From Eubacteriales bacterium (GTDB lineage: Bacteria > Bacillota > Clostridia > Oscillospirales > CAG-272), in NCBI GenBank assembly GCA_045587025.1, contig JAZNBK010000059.1, forward strand, positions 20 through 64,019: 64,000 nt of DNA, in the 5' to 3' direction. Position 1 is the first letter of the stretch; each line of letters opens with the position of its first letter. The notes under the pieces are model-generated. The model saw only the letters and a list, made by a program, of their open reading frames with translations. It was not told the origin of the DNA and made no database searches. Made by a program: the position numbers and the translations under genes. Shown piece after piece: positions 37,783 through 46,538 of the stretch.

Positions 37783-40092
37783 TTATTTTCTAATTTGAAT
37801 ATCGGTAGAAGCGATGTTTGAAACGAGCGAAGCTCGATAATCTATCTGTCTCTGCTCTGCCGTGCCTATTCTGTACGTCGCGTTGCAGATTCCGAGCAAA
37901 AGCCAGAACATAAGGCAGACGCGGTAGTTATACCAAACGTAGTCGAAAAGTCCGTTGACAAGCAAGGCGAGTATTCCGCAAAATGCAGCGGAGCAAATCG
38001 GACGGGCCGAGGTTTCGTTCGCAGAAAATTCGACGGAAAAACAGTTTCGGCAGGTAAAGAGAAGAATGAAAAAGAATGCGATAAGCGCAAAAATTCCAAG
38101 CTCTATACCTATCTCGAGAAACAGATTGTGCGAATGCTCCGCCGCCTCTGCGCCCATACTGCTATATCCCAAAAATGCGGCTTTGAACGCGTCTGAGCCA
38201 ACACCGACGCCCCCGAACAAATTATCGGCGAACAACGAGAGCGAGTCCTTCCAGACGGTGAAGCGATATGAAATCGACGAGTCGATATTGCCGTCTAAAA
38301 ACGAGAAAATCGAAGAAAAGCGGCTCGTTACCGAACGGGGCAAGAACAACAGAAGATTAGGTATAAACGCAAAGAGCGCGACGAGTATCCTCGGAGATTT
38401 TCTGAAGGCGAAGATTAAAAGCGCTGTCATAGCGACGATAGCGCCGAGCCAAGCGCCTCTCGACCAGGTAAATACGAGAGCAGAAACGAGCGCAGAGAGA
38501 CAAATGAAGCGGGTAATAAAGGAAAGCGGCGTGAGTTTGTCTTTCGTATTTACAAACACGAGAGGAATGACCATAATTATATACGAGCCAAAAACGTTTG
38601 GGTTGTCAAAGGTAGACGTAATGCGCCCTGAAATGTAGGAGTACGCTTCAAGGTCGAGCCAATCCGCCGTTATATTTCCGCTCGTTTGTTGATATATAGC
38701 GACGAGAGAAACCAAAAAACCGGAGAAAAGCACTATGTTTAATACCTTCCCGATAGTCCGTCTGTTGATTAAAAGGTTTGACGCGAGAAAATATATCGAA
38801 ATTATAACGAGGAAAACCAACGCGCTGTTCCGAGAGTCGTTTCCGTTAGCAAAGGAGACGATTCCGCCCCCTAAATAAAAGAGCATAAAAATGAAAACGA
38901 ACAGATCGCAGGGGGTTAAGGAAAAGGAGCGCTTGTTTAACAGCAGCTTGCGTATATACGAAAGATGACAAAGAATAATTATAGAGCAAATGATGATCGT
39001 GGGGTGTCGGAAATACGTCATAAAGGGGAGACAAAGAACGGTGACGGTAATTCCGAATTCAGAGGAAGCAAACACGCATCCGACGAACAGGGCAATTAAA
39101 AGTATGCCCAAAATCTTATACGGCGATACGAAAAAACCTAAAGCGCCGAAAAAGAGACCGAGCGAGAGCGCAAGGAAAAATCCGCCCTCTATTTCTTCCT
39201 TTCGGTTATGGCTTCTCATTCCAAGAAAGGAGTAGAAGAATGCCCCTGTAATTACGCTGTTTTCAATTACATAGGCGATAGAACGGCTCGAAATGAGCAA
39301 CGGTATTGAAAATACGACGAGAATAAGTCCCAATATCAGAGAGGAAAGGGAGTCGCTGTAAGGAAGCGAGAAAAGGTTCGCCCCTAAATATCCGAGAGAC
39401 GAGAACATACCGAACGTAAAGAAAAATATACCGTATGCTCTTGCGCCGCAGAAGCAGATATTCTCGTAAAGACGCTTCATAAACAGCGCCACTCTGTTTG
39501 AATAGCAGAAAGCGGACAGCTTTTCAAAAAATAGCGCCGCCTTTGACTTTTTAAGCATTTTGGCAGAGCTTTTCTCTGCGAACAGGGCAGAAAAGAACCT
39601 TCCGACCGCAGAACGACGAACTCTCAAAAACAGGCGTTTCGTCTTTCTCGAGTTTTTTTGTCTGTATCTTTTTATGCGCTCCGAGACCTCTGCCAAACGG
39701 TTGCTTTTTCTCTTTTTGTTTTTAGAGGAGACGCTTTCGCTGACGCGGGAGATAACCCTCGTCATTCCGGCAGAGAGGTCCTTCTGTGAAAAGGAAGAGC
39801 CGTCACGGGACGGGCGCATATAACGCTTCTTGCTTGCGTCCTTGCTCCTTGAGGTTCTCGTTTGCGACGAGGGCTTTTTAGAGGACGAAGCTCGATTTTG
39901 TAAAGCTTTGTTTTCATTATTTTGGGTAAACTTGCTGAATTCAGCGGTTTTTACTCTTTCCAGCTCAAAGGTATAATCTTGTTCGAGGTCGTCGCGGCGG
40001 TAAGTGACTCTTGGGGCGCGAGGCGACTGGTTTGAACCTTTATTCGCAAGATTTTCCTTTTGATGAGTGCCGTTTTTCTTAATTTCACTCAT
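37783..40092 (-). CDS. O-antigen ligase / Wzy_C-family polytopic membrane protein with a ~190-aa basic disordered N-terminus (769 aa)
   Basis: At least 10 TM helices. Wzy_C-like core FTWSRGAWLGAIVAMTALLIF ... AEHSHNLFLEIGIELGIFALIAFFFIL. N-terminus is rich in S/R/K/N. The start ATG overlaps the trmD stop (ATGA at 40089-40092). Confidence 0.7.
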   Translation of the reverse strand: MSEIKKNGTHQKENLANKGSNQSPRAPRVTYRRDDLEQDYTFELERVKTAEFSKFTQNNENKALQNRASSSKKPSSQTRTSRSKDASKKRYMRPSRDGSSFSQKDLSAGMTRVISRVSESVSSKNKKRKSNRLAEVSERIKRYRQKNSRKTKRLFLRVRRSAVGRFFSALFAEKSSAKMLKKSKAALFFEKLSAFCYSNRVALFMKRLYENICFCGARAYGIFFFTFGMFSSLGYLGANLFSLPYSDSLSSLILGLILVVFSIPLLISSRSIAYVIENSVITGAFFYSFLGMRSHNRKEEIEGGFFLALSLGLFFGALGFFVSPYKILGILLIALFVGCVFASSEFGITVTVLCLPFMTYFRHPTIIICSIIILCHLSYIRKLLLNKRSFSLTPCDLFVFIFMLFYLGGGIVSFANGNDSRNSALVFLVIISIYFLASNLLINRRTIGKVLNIVLFSGFLVSLVAIYQQTSGNITADWLDLEAYSYISGRITSTFDNPNVFGSYIIMVIPLVFVNTKDKLTPLSFITRFICLSALVSALVFTWSRGAWLGAIVAMTALLIFAFRKSPRILVALFAFIPNLLLFLPRSVTSRFSSIFSFLDGNIDSSISYRFTVWKDSLSLFADNLFGGVGVGSDAFKAAFLGYSSMGAEAAEHSHNLFLEIGIELGIFALIAFFFILLFTCRNCFSVEFSANETSARPICSAAFCGILALLVNGLFDYVWYNYRVCLMFWLLLGICNATYRIGTAEQRQIDYRASLVSNIASTDIQIRK

Positions 40093-40835
40093 TTGTCGCT
40101 ACCCTTTCTTTTTTTCTTATTTTGATTTTCGGGATGTTCGGTTATATATTTTTCATAGAGGTCGGGACGGCGCGCCTTCGTCAATTCGAGCGATTGCGAG
40201 AGCCGCCATTCCTCGATTTTTTTGTGGTGTCCGCTCGTCAGAACCTCGGGAATTTCAACGCCGTGAAAGACGGCGGGCCTCGTATATTGAGGATATTCCA
40301 AAAGTCCGCTCGCTATGCTCTCGTCACGATAACATTCGGGGGATGCCAAAACCCCGTCGAGCAGACGGCAGACGGCGTCTACAAGAATACACGCGGGAAG
40401 CTCTCCCCCCGTGAGAACATAATCTCCGATAGAAATCTCCTCGTCCACTATCTCGTCGAGAACTCTCTGGTCTACTCCCTCGTAGTGTCCGCAGAGAATT
40501 ATTATATTATCGTAATTTTTAAGCTCCTCCGCCTTTTTCTGCGAAAAGACCTCGCCCTTCGGGGACATATAAACAACTCTCCGCTTTTCGCTCCTGCTTT
40601 CCTTTTTTTCTATAATAGAGGAATAGCAATTATAGATAGGCGGAGCCGCCATGACCATGCCCATTCCACCGCCTGCGGGCGTGTCGTCGACCGAGCGGTG
40701 CTTGTTTTCCGAAAAAAGACGAATGTCGTGACATTCGATATCCACGTAGCCGGCTTTTACAGCCCGACCTATAATGCTTTCCGACAGAACCGTATTAATC
40801 ATATCGGGGAAAAGCGTCATTATATCAAACTTCAT
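40089..40835 (-). CDS. trmD: tRNA (guanine37-N1)-methyltransferase (248 aa)
   Basis: MKFDIMTLFPDMI, HDIRLFSENKHRSVDDTPAGGGMGMVM, CGHYEGVDQRV, IGDYVLTGGELPA. Confidence 0.95.
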   Translation of the reverse strand: MKFDIMTLFPDMINTVLSESIIGRAVKAGYVDIECHDIRLFSENKHRSVDDTPAGGGMGMVMAAPPIYNCYSSIIEKKESRSEKRRVVYMSPKGEVFSQKKAEELKNYDNIIILCGHYEGVDQRVLDEIVDEEISIGDYVLTGGELPACILVDAVCRLLDGVLASPECYRDESIASGLLEYPQYTRPAVFHGVEIPEVLTSGHHKKIEEWRLSQSLELTKARRPDLYEKYITEHPENQNKKKRKGSDK

Positions 40836-41340
40836 CGAAAAAACCCGGTATCGGACGGATTTTTACGCCCGTCTCGATATCGACCTCCTTAACGAATTCC
40901 GAAATTGCAGGGAAGAGAACCTCCTTGCCCTCGGTTTCTATTGTGTAAAGCGGAGTTTGCCTCGAAAAATCCGCGTCCTTGATAACTCCGTATTTTTCGC
41001 CCGTATCCGCGTCAAAAACGCTAAGCCCGATAATATCGACCAAAAAGAAATCTCCCGCTGCAAGAGGAATATCGTCTCGGTCTGCGAATATCGTCCTGCC
41101 CTTTAAAAGACGGGCGTCCTCAGGCGTGTCTACGCCAAGCAGAGACAAAAGCACAAATCTGCCGGCGCAGGAAGCGTTCTTCACCGACTTTTCTATATAT
41201 TCGCCGTTCTTTTCCAAAAGATATATCCTTTTAAGAGAAGCGGCAACCGAGGGGCTGTCGCACCACGGCTCGACCTTTAAAGCGCCTCTTATTCCGTGAA
41301 TGTTGATTATCTTTCCACATTCAAGGTATTTATTCTTCAT
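40825..41340 (-). CDS. rimM: 16S rRNA processing protein RimM (171 aa)
   Basis: GKIINIHGIRGALKVEPWCD (RimM N-domain) and a PRC-barrel C-domain. rimM-trmD synteny, 11-nt overlap. Confidence 0.88.
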   Translation of the reverse strand: MKNKYLECGKIINIHGIRGALKVEPWCDSPSVAASLKRIYLLEKNGEYIEKSVKNASCAGRFVLLSLLGVDTPEDARLLKGRTIFADRDDIPLAAGDFFLVDIIGLSVFDADTGEKYGVIKDADFSRQTPLYTIETEGKEVLFPAISEFVKEVDIETGVKIRPIPGFFDEV

Positions 41341-41375
41341 TTTCTAATCCTCTTTATTAAAAGCTATACAAAGAT

Positions 41376-41404
41376 ATTGTACCACAAAAGCTATATAAAT
41401 TCAA
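41376..41404 (-). promoter_or_regulatory. Sigma-A type promoter for rimM-trmD
   Basis: Minus strand reads TTGAAT, a 17-nt spacer, then TGgTACAAT. Confidence 0.55.
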
Positions 41405-41433
41405 CTCTTTTTTTCTTTCGCTCTATTTGTATG

Positions 41434-41462
41434 AAAAAGACGAGCCGATATATCGGCTCGTC
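41434..41462 (-). terminator. Rho-independent terminator after pheT
   Basis: 12-bp stem GACGAGCCGATA/TATCGGCTCGTC followed on the minus strand by TTTTT. Confidence 0.8.
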
Positions 41463-41467
41463 ATAGA

Positions 41468-43840
41468 TTATATTGCCTTGAAGGTGAGACCAAGCGGGGA
41501 ATATGCGGAAATAATAGCGTCTGTTATCGGTGCAAGCTCCGCCTTCGTGAGAGTGCGCTCGCGGGAGCTGAAGGTGAAGCGCACGGTAATGCTCGAAGCG
41601 CCCTCGCTCTCATAAATGTCAGCAACGCTGACCTCGCAAAGAGTGTCTCCGCCAATCTGGAATGCGGCAGAGCGAAGCTCGCCGAAGCGGATAGCCGAGA
41701 TGTCCGCGTTGAAGGAAAGGTCTATCTCGATGGACGGGAATTTGGACGCCTCCTTGTATTTGATATCCGCCGCCGCTATCTCCGAGAAGAGCGGCATATC
41801 TATATCAGCGAAGGCAATGCCCGCCTTTTTGTCGAGCTTGCTCGCTACTGACGGATGAGGAACGGACAAAAAGCCGATTTTTACGCCGTCAAGGGTGATA
41901 TCAAAGGTGTTTTTCGGATGCTGCCACGAATACGTCGGCTCTGCCTCGATAAATTCGGGGAGCTTATGCTTGATGTTACGGCAGAGAGTAGCTACGATAT
42001 CGCGAGCGCGGAGGAAAAGCCCCTCCTCGTCCGTTTCTCTGCTGTATAACGCAATTCCGAGCGTCTTTCTCTCGTTACAAAGCCCCTCTTCGTCAAGTCC
42101 CTTTATGACCTTTCCGACCTCAAAGATGCCAAAGCTGTCGGAAAAGCTTTTGTTTTCGTTTATGAAATTGAGCAGAGTAGGTGTCATGGAGCTGCGAAGC
42201 GTGTCGTGCTCGGGCGTTTGAGCGTTTATAATTCTGACGTTCTTCTCCGCCTCAATGCCGATTTGCGCATTCTTTGCGCTGTCCGTCCAGATGTAAGAGT
42301 GGACCTCGGAGAGCGCGTATTTCGACACGAGAATGTCCTTGCTTCTGTCCTCGTCCGTTTTTGTCTGCTCCTGCTTTACAGGCGCAAGCTCGCTTGTCGC
42401 GGTGAAGATTTCGAAGTTATCGTATCCGTAAATACGGGTGATTTCTTCAATGAGGTCCGCCTTTATCGTAACGTCCTTCGTAGAACGCCAGGACGGAACC
42501 GTAACGGTGAAGGCGTCGCCCTCTCTCTTTACGCCGAAGCCGAGAGAGGAGAGAGTTTTCTCTATTCTGTCGGAAGAAATGTCGATGCCTGTGTAGCGGT
42601 CGACGAACTGCTTGTCTATATTAAGAGTTATCGTGTCGTATTTCTTTGCGTAGTTATCGGTAATTGCGCTGATAATTCTTGCGCCGCTATCGATTTCGCA
42701 AAGGAGATACAAAAATCTCTTTGCCGCAAGCATTGCAAGCTCGGGGTCGAGCATCTTTTCGTATCTCATGCTCGCGTCGGTGCGAAGTCCTATCTTCGTA
42801 GACGATTTGCGGATGCTCACGCCGTCAAAGGTAGCGCTTTCGAGAAGCAGAGAGGTGGTGTCGTCCTCAATCTCCGAGGCAAGACCGCCCATAATTCCCG
42901 CGACGGCAACCGGCTCGTCCTCTCGGCAAATCATAAGAGTTGAAGCATCAATGCTGCGCTCTGCGCCGTCAAGAGTTTCGAACCTGAAGGGAGAATCAAA
43001 GCGCTGAACACGGATTTTGTCAACTCTGCGCAGGTCGAATGCGTGCATCGGCTGACCGAGCTCGAGCATTACGTAGTTGGTGAGGTCAGCGAGCAGATTT
43101 ATCGCGCGAAGTCCGCAGTAGTGCAGACGTATCTTCATATTTACAGGGGAAACGCCGACGGTGATGTTCTCCGCCTTCGTGCCGATATAGCGGTAGCAAA
43201 GCTCTGCGTCCTTTATTTCGATATCAACGGGCGGGAGCTTGTCGAACCTTGTTGCGTCTATAAGCTCGGGCATTTTAAGAGGTCTGTCCGCCAAAACTGC
43301 AAATTCTCTTGCAATACCGAAATGTCCCCAAAGGTCAGGACGGTTCGTAAGAGATTTGTTATCAACCTCAAAAATGAGGTCGTCAATGTCGAAAATTTCT
43401 TTGATATCCGTGCCGAGAGGCGCGTCTGCCGCAATCTCCATAATTCCCGAGTTGTCCTGACCTATGTCAAGCTCTGCCTCGGAACAGCACATACCGTTCG
43501 ATTCAAAGCCCGCGACCGTCGCCTTGGTTATCTTATGACCGCAAACGGAGCCGCCCGCAGTAGCAAAAGCGACCTTCATGCCCTCTCGTACGTTCGGAGC
43601 GCCGCAAACGCAGTCGGTAACGCCGCTTCCCGTGTCGATTTTAAGCAGATGGAGCTTTTTCGAGCTCGGATGATTTTCGATAGAAAGAATCTGCGCCACG
43701 ATAACGCCGTAGGTATCCTTTCCTTTATAGTAAATGTCCTCGACCTCGGCGGTAGAAAGGGTAAATCTGCGAACGAGAGATTCCTTGTCAAGACCGTCAA
43801 GGTTTACGAAGTCGCCAATCCAGTTCATTGATAAAAACAT
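41468..43840 (-). CDS. pheT: Phenylalanine--tRNA ligase beta subunit (790 aa)
   Basis: N-terminal tRNA-binding domain (MNWIGDFV...), B3/4 and B5 domains, and C-terminal FDX-ACB. Directly follows pheS; the GGAGG SD overlaps the pheS stop. Confidence 0.95.
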   Translation of the reverse strand: MFLSMNWIGDFVNLDGLDKESLVRRFTLSTAEVEDIYYKGKDTYGVIVAQILSIENHPSSKKLHLLKIDTGSGVTDCVCGAPNVREGMKVAFATAGGSVCGHKITKATVAGFESNGMCCSEAELDIGQDNSGIMEIAADAPLGTDIKEIFDIDDLIFEVDNKSLTNRPDLWGHFGIAREFAVLADRPLKMPELIDATRFDKLPPVDIEIKDAELCYRYIGTKAENITVGVSPVNMKIRLHYCGLRAINLLADLTNYVMLELGQPMHAFDLRRVDKIRVQRFDSPFRFETLDGAERSIDASTLMICREDEPVAVAGIMGGLASEIEDDTTSLLLESATFDGVSIRKSSTKIGLRTDASMRYEKMLDPELAMLAAKRFLYLLCEIDSGARIISAITDNYAKKYDTITLNIDKQFVDRYTGIDISSDRIEKTLSSLGFGVKREGDAFTVTVPSWRSTKDVTIKADLIEEITRIYGYDNFEIFTATSELAPVKQEQTKTDEDRSKDILVSKYALSEVHSYIWTDSAKNAQIGIEAEKNVRIINAQTPEHDTLRSSMTPTLLNFINENKSFSDSFGIFEVGKVIKGLDEEGLCNERKTLGIALYSRETDEEGLFLRARDIVATLCRNIKHKLPEFIEAEPTYSWQHPKNTFDITLDGVKIGFLSVPHPSVASKLDKKAGIAFADIDMPLFSEIAAADIKYKEASKFPSIEIDLSFNADISAIRFGELRSAAFQIGGDTLCEVSVADIYESEGASSITVRFTFSSRERTLTKAELAPITDAIISAYSPLGLTFKAI

Positions 43841-43852
43841 ATTAAGACCTCC

Positions 43853-44881
43853 TTAGTTGTTCTCGAATTGCGAGAGCGCTTTCAGATTTCCGGAGTTGAA
43901 GTCGCGGATATCCTTTATTCCGTACTTCATCATAGCCAGACGAGTCATTCCGAGACCGAAAGCAAAGCCGGTGTATTCCTCAGGGTCGATACCACCCGCC
44001 GAAAGCACGTTCGGATGTATCATACCGCAGGGGCAAAGCTCGAGCCAACCTGAGTTTTTACAGGAGGGACAGCCCTCTCCGCCACAGATAAGACAGCTTA
44101 TGTCAAGCTCGAAGCCGGGCTCGACAAAGGGGAAGAAGCCGGGGCGCAGGCGGACGTTTATCTCACGCTCGAAAACCTCGCTGAGCATCGTTTTCATAAA
44201 ATAAATGAGGTTTGAAATAGAAATGTTCTTGTCTATCATCATTCCTTCCATCTGGAAGAAGGTATTCTCATGACAGGCGTCGGTCGACTCGTTGCGGAAG
44301 CAGCGACCGGGGAAGATAGCGCGCAAGGGGGCGCCGTACTTCTTCATAATGGCGTTCTGCGCCGCTGAGGTCTGGGTTTTAAGAAGCTGACCGTTTTCAA
44401 GATAATAGGTGTCCTGCATATCGCGCGCGGGGTGGTGCTTCGGTATGTTGAGCGCCTCAAAGCAGTTATAGTCATCTGTTACCTCAAAGTAATCCTCGAT
44501 AGTGAAGCCCATGCTCGCAAAGATTTTTTCGAGGTCTCTCTGCACGAGAGTGATAGGATGATAGGAGCCGCGCTTTTCCTTTGAGGTGAGCGTCGGGTTA
44601 TAGTGTTTTGCGTTGCTTATAGCGGAAGCGAGAGCCGCCTTTTGCAGATTTTCCTCTGCCACCTCAATTTTTGCTTCAAGAGACGTTTTGAGGTCGTTTA
44701 TAAGCTGACCGACTTCCTTTTTCTTCTCTGCGGGGACGTCGCGCAGTCCCTTCAGAAGCTCGGTAACGAAGCCCTTCTTTCCGAGAAACGCAACGCGCAA
44801 TGCGTCGAGCTTGTCTGCGGAATCCGCCTCTGCCATGCGAAGATTAAATTGCTCGGTGAGGTCCTTTATCTTTCTTTCCAT
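43853..44881 (-). CDS. pheS: Phenylalanine--tRNA ligase alpha subunit (342 aa)
   Basis: Class II motifs: HPITLV, IPKHHPARDMQDTYY, FPGRCFRNE, FPFVEPG, GFAFGLGMTRLAMMKYGI. Confidence 0.96.
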   Translation of the reverse strand: MERKIKDLTEQFNLRMAEADSADKLDALRVAFLGKKGFVTELLKGLRDVPAEKKKEVGQLINDLKTSLEAKIEVAEENLQKAALASAISNAKHYNPTLTSKEKRGSYHPITLVQRDLEKIFASMGFTIEDYFEVTDDYNCFEALNIPKHHPARDMQDTYYLENGQLLKTQTSAAQNAIMKKYGAPLRAIFPGRCFRNESTDACHENTFFQMEGMMIDKNISISNLIYFMKTMLSEVFEREINVRLRPGFFPFVEPGFELDISCLICGGEGCPSCKNSGWLELCPCGMIHPNVLSAGGIDPEEYTGFAFGLGMTRLAMMKYGIKDIRDFNSGNLKALSQFENN

Positions 44882-44926
44882 AGTAAAATCCTTTCGGTGA
44901 ATTACAAAACTTTAATACAACATAAT

Positions 44927-44966
44927 ATTATATAACAAAAAAGGGCTTTTGTCAAGAAAAAAGCCC
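44927..44966 (-). promoter_or_regulatory. pheST promoter nested in the MATE-gene terminator
   Basis: Minus strand has hairpin GGGCTTTT/AAAAGCCC (44943-44966) followed by TTTTTT. TTGACA (44950-44955) lies in the hairpin loop and 3' arm, then a 17-nt spacer and TATAAT (44927-44932). Confidence 0.6.
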
Positions 44967-45011
44967 AAACTCTGCCAAAAAGAAGGGGCGACCGACGGCC
45001 GCCACTCATAA

Positions 45012-46385
45012 TCAGGCAGAAGCGTTTTTGTCAGAGAGGTCAATTATCCACTTTTTCTTTAAAAAGTGAGGAATACACATTGCCATTTTCGGAACGTCCT
45101 CCGCTATATACATAAAAAGAATTAAGAGCGGAAAGGAAATGTTCGTGAAAAATCCGAGAATTATAACTGTCGGAATTCCGAAAAGATAGAGAGAAATGAT
45201 ATCGAAAATACAGCCGGTTTTCGTGTCTCCGCCTGCGCGGAAAAGTCCGCAAATTGCGGTATAAGGAACCATTTTTATAGGGAGCCAGAAGGAATAAGCG
45301 ACCAAAATAGACGCCGCGAGAATCCTCGTCTCCGGCTTTTCAACAGGGAGTAAATTCAGAATAGGCGCGCGGAGAGCGAGCATTAAAGCGCCAACGATAA
45401 CGCCCACAGTCGGCGTCAGTATCAAAAAGCGCTTCGCACAGGAGAACGCCCCCTTTTTGTCTCCTTCGCCTATCTGCTTTCCGACCATAATTGCGCCGGC
45501 GTTACATAATCCGACAAAGAATACGAAAAAGAGCTGTTGAAAGGTGTCGTAAACGGTATAAGCCGCGTGGTTGTCCGTGCCCTGTCTTGTAATTACCATT
45601 GCGTAAATGTTCGTGCCGACAGCCCAAACCGTCTCGTTAAAGAGAACGGGAGAGGCAACTCGCGCGAACTTGGAGACAAAAGGCCTTGAAAGCGAAAAGA
45701 ACTCTCGTAGCTTGCCGCGCAGAGCGTTTTTGCTGAAAATAATAAACAGCAAAACGACAAGCGCCTGAACGAAAGCGCCGATAGCCGTCGCAATTGCCGC
45801 CCCCTTCATTTCAAGCCGTGGAAATCCGAGATTTCCGCCTATCAGGCAGTAGTTAAGAAAAGTATTAACGACCACCGAAATAAAAGAGGAAATAAGCGGA
45901 ACGGATACCTGCTCGGTCGCGCGCAGAGCGGCGCAGCTTATCTGCGAGAACATAACGAACACGCAGGAAAATGCGTAGTATTTGAGATAAACGGCGCCTG
46001 CCGAGATTACAAGAGCGTCGTCGGAAAAGATTTTCATTAAAGACGAGGGAAAAAGGTAAAAGGCGAGAGAGAAAAAGAGCGAGACCGTAACACCCGATAC
46101 GAGCGCAATGCCGTAGGCCCTTTTAATGTTGCTATGCTCTCTTGCGCCCCAGAATTGCGAAATGAGAGTAGCTTCGCCCGAGCAGAAGCCGAAGGCGACA
46201 ACGTTTAAAAGAAAGGCGAAGCGGCCGGCAACTCCGATAGCCGAGGTGTAAACGTTGCCAAGCGTCATTACCATAGAGGTGTCTATGAGAGCGGCGCAGG
46301 AGACGAGCAGGTTCTGTAGCGCAATAGGAAGGGCGAGCAAAAGCGCCGTTTTGTAAAAATTATTGTTTAAAGCGCGTGCTTTCAT
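45012..46385 (-). CDS. MATE family efflux transporter (457 aa)
   Basis: 12-TM protein with MATE-type N-terminus (FYKTALLLALPIALQNLLVSCAALIDTSMV) and an internal duplication. Confidence 0.85.
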   Translation of the reverse strand: MKARALNNNFYKTALLLALPIALQNLLVSCAALIDTSMVMTLGNVYTSAIGVAGRFAFLLNVVAFGFCSGEATLISQFWGAREHSNIKRAYGIALVSGVTVSLFFSLAFYLFPSSLMKIFSDDALVISAGAVYLKYYAFSCVFVMFSQISCAALRATEQVSVPLISSFISVVVNTFLNYCLIGGNLGFPRLEMKGAAIATAIGAFVQALVVLLFIIFSKNALRGKLREFFSLSRPFVSKFARVASPVLFNETVWAVGTNIYAMVITRQGTDNHAAYTVYDTFQQLFFVFFVGLCNAGAIMVGKQIGEGDKKGAFSCAKRFLILTPTVGVIVGALMLALRAPILNLLPVEKPETRILAASILVAYSFWLPIKMVPYTAICGLFRAGGDTKTGCIFDIISLYLFGIPTVIILGFFTNISFPLLILFMYIAEDVPKMAMCIPHFLKKKWIIDLSDKNASA

Positions 46386-46431
46386 TTTTTTCGCTCCCCC
46401 TTAATTGAACTTAATTGAAAATATCTCTACC

Positions 46432-46460
46432 ATTATACATTTAAGTTAGCCAAAAGTCAA
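46432..46460 (-). promoter_or_regulatory. Sigma-A type promoter for the MATE gene
   Basis: Minus strand reads TTGACT, a 17-nt spacer, then TATAAT. Confidence 0.55.
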
Positions 46461-46477
46461 CAATTTAATAAATTTTC

Positions 46478-46506
46478 TTGACTTTGGGGGGCGCATTTAT
46501 TATAAT
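46478..46506 (+). promoter_or_regulatory. Sigma-A type promoter for the CPBP protease gene
   Basis: TTGACT, a 17-nt spacer, then TATAAT. Confidence 0.55.
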
Positions 46507-46538
46507 TGAAAGCGAAGGAAAAAGAGAGGGGGAATAAA

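Noticed and set aside
42206-43831. Long + strand ORFs (245 and 262 aa) inside pheT. Similar antisense ORFs occur at 28219..28920, 324..1193, 40122..40892, 50521..51159 and 37955..38638
   Set aside because: All are antisense to genes with unambiguous motifs. They have Arg/Leu/Ser/Val-rich composition typical of reverse-frame read-through and lack SD sequences. They are treated as shadow ORFs.
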